Source: Marsupella aquatica
Taxonomy: Eukaryota > Plantae > Marchantiophyta
Length of the DNA: 64,000 nt
Direction: 5' to 3'
Assembly (NCBI GenBank): GCA_973895155.1
Contig: OZ316898.1
Span: 20,781,292 to 20,845,291, forward strand
Both the position numbers and the translations under genes were made by a program. The stretch's first letter is position 1. Each line of letters starts with the position of its first letter. This document shows positions 1-10,155 of the stretch, piece after piece. The notes under the pieces are model-generated. The model was not told where the DNA came from. It saw only the letters and a program-made list of their open reading frames with translations, and did no database searches.

Positions 1-95
1 CTACTAGTGAGACACGGCATGCAGCAGCAGCGAGGTTGGTGGATTTACCAGCACGCCCTGCATTTGAGAGGACTAGGTTTAAACCTAGTGTTGTG

Positions 96-490
96 TCATT
101 GGATAATCGGAGTGGTATCTTCCGATTAGTTGGGCCTTCTGGAGTAGTATACCAGCCAAAGAGAGTGTTACTGGATACTGGTGCTCAGCCCTTGATGTTG
201 GGGAAGTCTGCCATACGTGGATTGGGATTGCGTCCAGAGGATTTGGAGGATTGTCCCTTTCCCATTCAGACTTCATTGGGGGGACCTACACCTACACAGC
301 ATATCACCAAGAGACCACTTGATTTGAGGATTCAGGAAGGTCATACCACAGATAGCTCACAGTTACAGGCGCGAGCTATTCTGACTAAGGCAGAGTCATA
401 TGATGTGTTGGTGGGATGTACAGTGCTCTACCCCATGGGATTTATTCTTGATTTTTGGGAGGAATCAGTGTCATATAGACCTGATTGGCA
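96..490 (+). pseudogene. Retropepsin-like aspartic protease domain
   Basis: VLLDTGAQ catalytic motif (~165-188) and downstream YDVLVG motif. Confidence 0.8.
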
Positions 491-878
491 GTCAAGAGAT
501 GCTCGATTGAGAAAATTGCCAATGAGATTTAGTGGACCTATGGGAGGCCCTAAATCCACACCATTGTCTTTGGCAGCATTCAGTGGTGTAATTGCTGGAC
601 CTAATGATTTGATTGAGGGTAATGTGCATGCAGCCGATGTTCCACCATTGGAGGAGTCTCATGAGGAGCACATCATGCGAGGATTACCTGTTGGCAGTGT
701 TGTGCCACCAGTGTGGGGCACTGCACAGGCCTTGCCACAGGGAGCAGCACGATTGGTACATGATGCATGGCGTCATGTTTTTACACCACAGTCAGGAGCA
801 GAGCAGTCTCTTGCAGATGGACCTGTGACTCTTTCACCATTGGATACCACTCCTATTGCTTGGCAATATCCACCGGAG

Positions 879-1830
879 GGTATTTGTTTGTTGGATCTTT
901 TTGGTGGGATTAGCACTGGATTGGCTGCTGTTCTTCAGGCAGGAATTCATGTGCGTCGTTATTTGTATGTGGAGATAGATGAGACAGCACGGAGGGTCTC
1001 ATTGTGACATGTGGCTATGTTGGTGGATAGATATCCACAGTTGCTGCCAGTGGATGCTGTTCGTGGTTATCAGCATGCACTACCTGTTGATATTTCATTG
1101 CTGGGGGCGGATCATCTACATCGTGTTGGCCCCATTGATTTGGTGATTGCTGGTTGGCCATGTCAGGGCCAATCTAGAGCTGGCATTGGGCATGGACTTC
1201 ATGATCCACGCTCTGCATTGTTGTGGGAGATGTTATGGGTGCTGCGTCATCTCTAGCTACATCAGACACAGTCTCCAACATACATTTTGGAGAATGTGTC
1301 ATTGTTAGGTGATGATCGTAGTCGGATTGTTGCCAGTGTTCACCAGGTGAGGTCTTGGATTGGACCTGTTGTGTTATTGGATGCTGCACGTGTGGGTTCT
1401 CATGCACATCGTCCACGCTTGTGGTGGACTAATTTGATCCCATGTGGGGTGCTAAAGCGCGCATTTGACAACATTCCACGCTCACCAGCCTTAGTGGTGG
1501 ATGATATTTTGGATCCAGGGCGTCGTGCACAGGGTGTGACCCAACCTGATAGACCTCCATTGGCAATGGTCAATGCAGTTGGGTGCCCACGTTGTGCATT
1601 ACCCACTCTTGTAAGCCACTCTGCTTCATATGCATTCAGAGCAGGTGGCCCTGGACTTGTATGGGACACAGCTCTCCAGCAGTTAGTGGAGCCTACTGCT
1701 GATGAGAGAGAGTGTGCTATGGGATTTTTGACTGGCACCACTGTAGTTGCCTCTGTGTCAGAGGGTTTGCGGCGCCAGGTTCTTGGTCAAGCAATGGACC
1801 TGAATTGTTTGACTTGGATTATCAGCTTGG
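879..1830 (+). pseudogene. C5-cytosine DNA methyltransferase domain, DNMT3-like, within the retroelement polyprotein (stops at 1005 and 1254)
   Basis: Motifs appear in canonical order: I LDLFGGISTG, II YVEID, IV IAGWPCQG, V GLHDPRSALLWE, VI ILENV, VIII AHRPRLWWTN, IX ERECAMGF, X RRQVLGQAMD. Confidence 0.92.
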
Positions 1831-2063
1831 GAGTAGCTGAACAGTTGCGGATGCGCTCTACTGGAATTACTGATTATCCCTTGGTGAGCTTGCGGTCCAC
1901 TGAGACAGTATTGACCATAGCTGGGGGCGAGCAGACAGTCCATGGACCTATGGCAGGATTGGCCAAGGCTGGACAGATTGTTGAGCAGGAAGGGACTACT
2001 CAATCTACTACTAAATAGCAATCATCGGCTATCTCTTCTACCCTACAAAGAGATATTAGGGAT

Positions 2064-3518
2064 TTGGTGGAGAGTTGGGAACCACAGCTTGGCCCTAAGT
2101 TAACAGGGGAGGAGAGACGTCGCATGCATCAATTCCTGAAGAGTTACTGGAATTGTTTTGCATTTAGCATGAAAGATTTGGGGACATTAAAGGGTCCTGG
2201 TATTCAGATTGAATTGGCTAGTGATGCGCCAATCTTTCATAGGCCATACCGTTATAATGACATGGAGAGAGCTCTGATTCAAAGCAGAACTCAAGATTTG
2301 TTGGAAGCTGGATTGGTGGAGATTTCATATGGGGAGTATGCATCTGCCATAGTGATGCCAGCCAAGAAGGATGTGCATGGCAACTACACAGATAGGCGCA
2401 TGTGTGGTGATTACAGACCTATTAATCGCCAGACAAAATCTGATCGATATGCCATGCCCACACCTGAGGAGATCTTTGATGTTGTGGGGCATGCAAAGGT
2501 TTTCAGTTCATTGGATCTGAGGGCAGGGTACCATCAGCTTCCAATTAGGCATGCTGACAGGACCAAGACAGCATTCTGGGGGATTGATTCTTATGGCAAA
2601 GATCGTTTGTATCAGTGGTTATTCTTACCATTTGGGTTGAAGAATGCACCAGCTGAGTTCCAGAGAGTCATGGATCGAATCCTTGCAGGTTTGGATTTTG
2701 TTAGATATTATATTGATGATATTTTGGTCTATTCTTCTACTATGGAAGAACATCAGCAGCACTTGCAGATTGTGTTGGAGAGATTGAGAGCACATGGGTT
2801 GAAGCTTCATCCTGGCAAATGTAAGTTCTTCCAAGACCAGATTGAGTATTTGGGCCACACTATATACCCAGGGGGATTGGGTGTACAGCAGACTAAAGTG
2901 GAGGCCATTACACAGATTCCTTGTCCTACTGATGTGAGTAGAGTTTGTGCATTCTTGGGATTGGCGAGCTACTACAGGAGGTATGTTAAAGGATTTAGCC
3001 AGCTTGCTAAACCTTTGACCATACTCACTAAGTTGGATCAGGAATGGATTTGGGGTGATGACCAGGAGCATGCCTTTCAGGAATTGAAGCAAAGGTTGGC
3101 ATCATCCCCTATTTTGAGAAGACCCATTTCAGGCAGACCATTTCAGCTACACACTGATTGGAGTGGAGTAGGACTTGGAGCAATGCTGACTCAGAAGGAT
3201 GATGAGGGGAATGAGTTTGTTGTGGCTTATGCCAGTAGATCAAACAATTTAGCAGAGGCTAAGTATAGCTCTTATGAGGGAGAGTGTTTGGCAGCAGTGT
3301 GGGCTGTTGCACATTTTTGTTGCTACTTGTTTGGTAACCCCTTCACCTTGATCACTGATCATCAGCCTCTTAAGTGGTTAATGGAGTCTGACAAGCTTAC
3401 AGGGAAGCTTGCACGATGGGCATTGTTGTTACAGGAGTATGATTTCCAGGTGGTGCATAGGCCTGGAAAAGTGAACTTGGATGCAGATGGATTAAGCCGC
3501 AATCCATGTACCAGTTAG
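2064..3518 (+). CDS. Reverse transcriptase + RNase H (Ty3/gypsy type) segment of pol
   Basis: RMCGDYRPIN, LDLRAGYHQ, LPFGLKNAP, YIDD; RNase H LHTDWS, EGECLA, TDHQPL, DADGLSR. Confidence 0.95.
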   Translation: MVESWEPQLGPKLTGEERRRMHQFLKSYWNCFAFSMKDLGTLKGPGIQIELASDAPIFHRPYRYNDMERALIQSRTQDLLEAGLVEISYGEYASAIVMPAKKDVHGNYTDRRMCGDYRPINRQTKSDRYAMPTPEEIFDVVGHAKVFSSLDLRAGYHQLPIRHADRTKTAFWGIDSYGKDRLYQWLFLPFGLKNAPAEFQRVMDRILAGLDFVRYYIDDILVYSSTMEEHQQHLQIVLERLRAHGLKLHPGKCKFFQDQIEYLGHTIYPGGLGVQQTKVEAITQIPCPTDVSRVCAFLGLASYYRRYVKGFSQLAKPLTILTKLDQEWIWGDDQEHAFQELKQRLASSPILRRPISGRPFQLHTDWSGVGLGAMLTQKDDEGNEFVVAYASRSNNLAEAKYSSYEGECLAAVWAVAHFCCYLFGNPFTLITDHQPLKWLMESDKLTGKLARWALLLQEYDFQVVHRPGKVNLDADGLSRNPCTS

Positions 3519-3699
3519 CAAGATGAGACTGGAGCCAGATGGCATGATGAGTCAGATAAGGAGATGGTGCCAGGATGGCATGCATCTGCCTTTCTTTGTT
3601 GGGTGCCAGCATACAGTGGATCTGTGGACTCTACCTCATTGGATGGAGTGGATGATGAGTCTTCAGATGTGGATGTTAGTGAGGTAACTACTGGACAGC

Positions 3700-5000
3700 A
3701 AGATATTCACAATGATGTGAGAGTGTTGGAATATCTGCGCAGTGGTTCTATTGTTGGCAGTGTTGATGCCAAGGAACGTGACAGGGTTCTACAGAGAGCC
3801 AAGAGGTTTCGATGGGAGGGAAACCATCTTTTGAGAGTATTGCATGATGGTAGAGTGTTGGTGGTCCCAAAACCATCACAGAGAGTACATTTGGTGCGAC
3901 ATGCGCACGAGGAGTTGGGTCACTTTGGTGTAAAGTGCACTTACAGCTTGCTGTAGACACAGTATTGGTGGTGTGGTATGCACACTCATGTCCAGCAGTT
4001 GATAGCTAAGTGTGTGGTATGTGATAGAGTGAGAGCATCATTTAATGCTCCCACTCCCTAGTTGCACCCGTTGCCGATCATGGATTTGGGATATCGTTGG
4101 AGTTTGGATTTTGCTGGTCCATTACCTCTTACCCAACGTCATAATCGGTATGTTTTGGTCATGGTGGAGCACTTCTCCAAGTGGATTGAGCTAGTGGCAT
4201 TGCCAGATAAAGCCAATGGAGGAGTTGCTGCTACATTTTTGGATCATGTACTCAGTCATTTTGGAGCACCAGCTGAGGTGTTGACTGATCAGGGAACTGA
4301 GTTCCGTGGAGAGTTTGAGAGTTTGTGTGAACAAGCTCTGATTGATCATCGTACTACCTCTCGTGATCATCCTAAGGCAGATGGATTAGTTGAGAGAGTT
4401 GTGCAAACTGTGAAGAGAGGATTGCGTAAGTATGGCTTGCAGGTTGGTCATCTGGGAGATTGGGATCTCCAGCTACCTTGGTTAGCTATGGGCTACCGTT
4501 TCAGTCGGCAAGCATCACTTGCATCCTTCTCACCTTACTTTTTGCTCTATGGTAGAGAGCCAGATTTACCAGCAGCTATTCGTCGTGATGCTGCATCAGT
4601 TGTGAACTTGGATGATCCTGATGTTTGGGTCAAGGTGTGTTCAGAGAGAGCACCGGTATTTCAGAGAGTGATGCCCATGGCTTTCGACAACCTTGTCATT
4701 GCCCAACATCGTGATACTTTGAGGTATGCCACTATTCGTGGAGGAGGTTATCGTGCAAGCATTCGGCGATTTCATCCTGGTGCTTATATTTATTTGCAGT
4801 AGACAGCACCCGAGACAGCACCCACGACACTTGATGTGACCGCAGACCGGACAATCTTACGTGTGCGTGAAGTGTTGCCTTCTGGTGTCCTGATGTTGGA
4901 GGGACGCGATGGTATGGTTTGGAAGGATCATGTGTGCAACTGTGCACCATGTCACCTTCCCAACATTGATGGTACAGTAGATCCAAGCTTGGCACATGTT
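3700..5000 (+). pseudogene. Integrase (HHCC zinc finger + rve core) with in-frame stops at 3954, 4059 and 4800
   Basis: HEELGH...CVVC zinc finger; SLDFAG, TDQGTEF and GLVERVVQ (D,D,E triad); SPYFLLYGR. Confidence 0.9.
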
Positions 5001-5004
5001 CGTA

Positions 5005-5145
5005 TGTATGTTGTGTGGATTTGCTCAGGGAGCAGCTACTATGTTGATTTGTGATAAGTGTTCTAGAGGATGACACATGTCATGTTTGACACCACCATTG
5101 CAGGTGATTCCTAGTGGATCATGGTTGTGTCCTCAGTGTTGGTGA
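5005..5145 (+). pseudogene. PHD finger (C4HC3) at the integrase C-terminus; not in the ORF track
   Basis: Manual translation gives CMLCGFAQGAATMLICDKCSRG*HMSCLTPPLQVIPSGSWLCPQCW*. The stop at 5071 occupies the conserved W/F position. A frame change near 5000 separates it from pol. Confidence 0.88.
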
Positions 5146-5309
5146 AGCCGACTAGTTATCATTTGTGTTCTTTTGGCAGATATGGATTGCAGGTAGGTGA
5201 TCGATGGGGCTCACTTGCACCCGGCCTCCTGATCTTCACACCTAAAAAGGTGTATATCAAACTTGTAAAACTCATGGCTAGCTAGAGTTAGGGGACCTTA
5301 CTCCCAGCT

Positions 5310-5320
5310 AGGGGGGCGAT
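5310..5320 (+). other. Polypurine tract of the DNMT element
   Basis: AGGGGGGCGAT lies immediately before the TG that starts the LTR. Confidence 0.6.
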
Positions 5321-5923
5321 TGTGGGTTTTGGACATGTGTGGACATGAGTTCCACTTGTATTCCATTCTCTTGTGTTTGTGATGTGGCAGTGTGACTATG
5401 TCTGGATGTATGTGACAAGCGATGTATGTTGTGTAGCGATATGTATGCGCACGATAGCTGTCACACCATTCTGAGTAGTGTAGTAGTATATCGTGCTATT
5501 AGAGTATGTATGTTTGGTATGAGTGCTATTGAAGCCGATAAGGTTCCGTCAGGTTTGTGTGAGAGGGTACTTCTTACTTGTGAGGCATTGAAAGGTCATC
5601 TTTCAATGTTGAGCCTTGGAGAGAGAGGAGCTTGAGTGGCTATGGTGGCTGTGAGCTCCGCTTGTGCAACGTGGATTCCTTGAGTAGTGCAAGGTGCGTT
5701 AGCTTGACATACGTGTGTGATCGGATTGGTGCGGGATCGATGGGGTATTGTTGACCGGGATTGTTGTGCCGATTGTATGGAGATTATTGTGGGTTTTGGA
5801 CATGTGTGGACATGAGTTCCACTTGTATTCCATTCTCTTGTGTTTGTGATGTGGCAGTGTGACTATGTCTGGATGTATGTGACAAGTGATGTATGTTGTG
5901 TAGCGATATGTATGCGCACGACA
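5321..5923 (+). repeat. 3' LTR (TG...CA) bounded by a 136-bp direct repeat (5321-5456 and 5788-5923)
   Basis: The two 136-bp copies differ at about 2 positions. The region starts TGTGGG after the PPT and ends CACGACA. Confidence 0.7.
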
Positions 5924-8217
5924 GATACTTTTGTCTTGAAGGACCACCGCCCCAAGGAGGACATCTACTTTGGGCAGTAGGAAGGTCACCTGATTGTCCC
6001 CCGGGATCACCATTGTACTCATGGTGTCACTACCTACAAAGAAGAAAGTGTAAAATGGATATCAAATGCCAAGCCACTCCAACAATTAAAGAAACAAAGT
6101 GAAAAAAATCTCAAACACATTTCTTTTAAGTACTCCTATGTGGAAGCAAAGCCTTTGCACAAAGATACTTTGTCATGCTCTTGGGTTTGTGCATTTTTGG
6201 CCAGTATACCCCCCTCCGATTGGACCCTTGCCTCCCATTGGCTAGCCTAAAATGCCTGAAATGATTAGGATTGTTGGATTTGAGATTGAAGGGAAAAAGT
6301 CTTGTACTATGCCCAAGTCTTGGAAATGATTGTTTTATCACAACAGTCTGTGCTATACTCTGGGTGTTTTTAGAATGGTCAGATCGCTAATTGGAGGGCC
6401 AAAATTACGTCTGGCGGCCCAATTTGGTCAAGGATTTATATTTCACGACCCCATTATAGCTTGGCAAGTGAGGACTATCCTCAAGGCAAAATGAGTCAAA
6501 GTTGGCCTTGATCTGCAGCTTTAAAACCAGCCAACCCAACCAAACAACCAATACACTAGTTTCAAGCTTACTTTTACTCAAAATCATCCATGATTTTTCC
6601 CACTTGTAGATCTTTGCAAGACCTTTCTATTGATCCCGAGGCCACATCGAACAGGGCAGAATTGGAGTCAGGGCGACCAAAAATCACACGGCCTGAAACA
6701 GGGGCTGAGTCCAAAAACTGAGGCCAACACTTGATGCTGCTCATAAATCTGGGCTTCGGGTTACCCGGAGTCCTTTGTACCCGGATTTGCAGTTTAAGAT
6801 GAACATGGAGTTATTGACAATGTTGCGTTGTGGCTGTGTCAGATGCCATGCTCAGAGCTAATGCAACAATATGAGTTTGACACTCAAGTTTACAAGAATA
6901 GAGCATTAGGGGCAGCAACGCCAATGTTTGCAAGAAGGGTGAATGAGCTCACACATCACATTACCAAAAAATTCACCAATAATTAGAAATAGAGATTCCA
7001 GTTTTTGTCACTATGCTCAGGTGGATGATTGACAATCTTGAATCAGGAAAGAAACTTACATTGTATTAATATGAAGCGCTATGTTTCATTTGTGGAAATG
7101 TTCACTCAAAAGTGTTTGGTTTGTCTGAGTCCATCTAATCATCAACCTCAGAGGGAGAATGCTCATGAACAAATGAGCAAGTTCTAAACTCTTTATCTGG
7201 TCGACTCTTTCTCCTTTTCATCATTTCTATGAATTTGTATGACATGTAGTCGTCACAATTGCTGCTAGACTTAGGGAAATTGGAATGCCCAAGACCAAGA
7301 CACTTTTGTTTTGTGTTCACGTGGAAGCCAACCCCCAAGTTTAATGTTTCATAATTTGTGCGAGCCTCTTAGCAATTTCAATTCTCTCTCTTCAGGTCAA
7401 TACAAAGCACCAACTACTGAGTTTACCATAATTGCTCTTTGACAAAACTATTAGTGTAGCTTGGTTAAAATGTTGGTCCATGACAGGTGCTGATGGTAAT
7501 TCTACTACTTGTGACATGCTCAAAATGTTGGCCCGAATGTTGGTTCATGACAGATGGTAATGTTATTCTACTACTTGTGGTATGCTAATTGTGCATACTT
7601 AAGTAACATTTGAGGTAACACAAATTGCTTACTCATAATAGAAGGATAACATTAATTCCACCACACCAAGTTCATAGATATTAAAGATATTCGTAAAGTC
7701 ATAGAATGTTCGATGAGTGGAGGGTAGGTTAATTAGCGTAAACTCAAGATGAACTAGTTCAAAAGTAACTCAGGTTAGTTTAGTCACGTGCAAAGCAAGT
7801 AAGACCAGGGCAAGAAACTTCTGTGGTGTGGAACAATTGGAAAAAAGTTTTTGAGTCGAGATGAAAGGTTGGCCCGGGTCAAGATTGTCGGTGCTTCAAG
7901 CACGTCAAGGGTGGGGATTCAATAGCAATGGCTGCAAAGGGAGCTTCAAAGTTGAATGGTAGTGCTCGATGCAAGCACCATGGAAGCAGTCTCAAAATGT
8001 ACTAAGAAGAAGGGTGTGTGCAAAGCAAAAGAGAAACAACTATCAAAGGTGAGTTGGGAAGTGACCAGAGTACACCCTAAAGTGCTCACAACGATCAAAG
8101 TGTTTGGTATTGGGCGGGGGCTTGTCGATTGAAGAAGAGCACCCTACAGCGCCATCAATTTTGACTAGCAAGGGTGTAGCTACAGCTAAGGAAAGTGACA
8201 AGAACCATCTGGGTATG

Positions 8218-10078
8218 TGTTAAACGCCAACTTCGACCTTGCGATTAATGGCCGTTTAACTACCTTCTCCTCAGTAATCTCATTTAAACGATTAACCGAC
8301 CTTCGAGAGGCGGCACTCCTTCTATCTCGACACAGTCCCCGTAAGTGAATCCGACCAAGTGCTCTTGAATGTCGAGTTTCGTCTTCCACTTCTTAGGCAC
8401 TTCAGCCTCGGCCAACACTAACCCCTCTTTATACACAATCTCAATGAACCCACACCACTCGCGGTAAGTGATCAAGCAAATCAGAATGTTCTCGTATAGT
8501 GACTGACGGGAAATAAGATGGGTGCCGATAGAACAGATCCACAGTTCCAGTGATCTTAAGGTAATCAAAGAGCAAGACTTGTCGTCACTGCTGTCTGCGT
8601 TCATGGTTTTTAGTAGCCGTGACCTGATTAAGTCCGGCTGTCCTTTGAATCAGCCTGCCTGGCAATTGATTTCCGGATTGTGTGGGTGACTATGACAGGG
8701 TTACCCTAAGCAAGTACCCCAGTATCATGTTTACCCTTGTATGATGGAGGTGTATGACGACCAGTGTATCGCCTTCAAAACACACTATCTCCAACCAGAC
8801 ACCGCTTCTCACTAGCTGTCTGTTCAACCTATACCTTGAGGCGCTGGCCCGTAAGGTTCTGGTTCGCAATGAGACGATATTCATTCATCGTTGCGATTAA
8901 CGAGTAACGACTTGCTGCATAAGGCAAATTCCTTCTCTCTCTCTCTCTCTGATTCGAAGTTCTCATTCACTGCTCAAATGCGGACTTCACTCTGTTGCAT
9001 TCATTCCAAGCTCTCTCTTTATACTCAAAGACTACTCAACTGAGTAGGGACACTATTACAAAATTGCTGGCATTCCTAAGGTGAGCGGAGCCCTACCTTG
9101 CCCCAGACTTCTAGCAAAAAGTGACACCGTGACTAGTACTTCAAAGCCCCTAAATACCTTTACCCCGCGTCTATCTTCGCCCGAGGCCTCTACTACTTCT
9201 TGGGGTGCGCTGATTACAGTTGGGCGACTCGCGCCTCCTCTTTGGTCTCCTCCGCTCATTCACCAAGAACGCTAACTAATGCCTACCAGAACGATGAGTG
9301 GAAGCCAAGAACTGCTGATTACTATGTCAAGAAGTTCTGTCTTCCTGGTTACTGAACTGTGCAACGGCCTCCTCGATTCCCTTTGGTTGCGCCTGATCCG
9401 GAAGCTTCCGGACTCCCGATTGTTAATCTTGCCATATGTGCCTCGACCTCTTGACTTCTGTCATCTTCCTTGGGGTTGCTCGGTTCGCCGGCCACGATTA
9501 CTTGTTTGGCGGTGATTAATCGCCACGTAATCCGCTGATCGTGGCTGTTCTCCCGTCTTAGCAGCAGATTCCATTTCTTCCGCATGACCTTTCTGCAGAG
9601 TTCCTCGATGGCCTCGCCAGTGGTGAATCGTTGGCGGAACTCTTCGCCCTTCATTCCGAACAATTGTTGCCCAGCCGCATCCCATACACGACAGCTTCCT
9701 TCTTTGATCCGAATAGTGAACATGAACATAGGCACTCCTTCGCCTAGCGACTTACACTCATGAGCTAACCGATTCCTGCTAACGGGGGTTCTTATATCCA
9801 CCCCCCTTGCCTTTTCTGTCGAGCTCTTGTGCCTAAGGCACATACTCTGCCATCTGCTAGTAGGCCATCGCAGCCTTCATAGCAGAACTCGACTCCTACA
9901 CGACCGTTAATCGAGATGATCGTCGCCTCCCCTACTTCCAGCCTTTCTGTCATCTCAACAAAATGAATAACCGCTGGTCCTTGCTTACTACTTCCTAAAT
10001 ACTCTTGGTTGACCTCTAGTTGACACTTCTAAACCTAAAAAAACTAAAATATCGCCGGTGTAATTTTTATCATTTACA
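8218..10078 (-). repeat. 3' LTR (1861 bp)
   Basis: Near-identical to 19740-21602; minus-strand TATAAA at 9023-9018 followed by (GA)n. Confidence 0.97.
9349..9953 (-). CDS. RPA70 C-terminal (DBD-C)-like zinc/OB-fold protein encoded in LTR U3, split over two frames (9953-9792 and 9843-9349)
   Basis: First frame: MTERLEVGEATIISINGRVGVEFCYEGCDGLLADGRVC..., resembling RPA70 ATI..I...NFCY.AC......DR.C. Second frame: PMFMFTIRI..GSCRVWDAAGQQLFGMKGEEF...KKWNLLLRRE, resembling RPA70 RYILQ.QI.D.T....TAF.EAGEEIMG.SA.DL. Confidence 0.62.
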
Positions 10079-10091
10079 TTCTCCTTTGCTT
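10079..10091 (-). other. Polypurine tract
   Basis: Minus-strand AAGCAAAGGAGAA directly precedes the TG of the 3' LTR. Confidence 0.75.
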
Positions 10092-10155
10092 ACCTACGGA
10101 TTCGTCCTCGATATCCGTTATGCTTGGTACACGTTGGGGACAAGTCGTCACCGGT

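Larger units (their letters stand above)
1..5923 (+). mobile_element. Ty3/gypsy LTR retrotransposon carrying a C5 DNA methyltransferase and a PHD finger (5' part lies outside the window; degenerate)
   Basis: ORFs starting at 36, 1011, 1287, 2064, 3564, 4062 and 4836 are all in one frame and separated only by single stops. Domain order is PR-(DNMT)-RT-RH-IN, followed by a G-rich PPT and a TG...CA LTR. Confidence 0.93.

Noticed and set aside
879-1830. Bacterial restriction-modification methylase or contamination
   Set aside because: The domain is in frame within a gypsy polyprotein, shares its mutational decay, and is contiguous with intron-containing plant genes.
1-5923. DIRS/tyrosine-recombinase element (these can carry methyltransferase domains)
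   Set aside because: A DDE integrase with HHCC finger, a protease and a PPT-LTR end are present; no tyrosine recombinase was seen.
5924-8217. Decayed coding-like sequence flanking the large insertion (continues at 21608-21950)
   Set aside because: Possibly an old DNA transposon, but no diagnostic motif could be read.
8186-9275. Other short ORFs in the LTR R/U5 region and antisense ORFs over gag-pol
   Set aside because: They have no recognisable motifs, and their duplication merely reflects LTR identity or codon shadowing.
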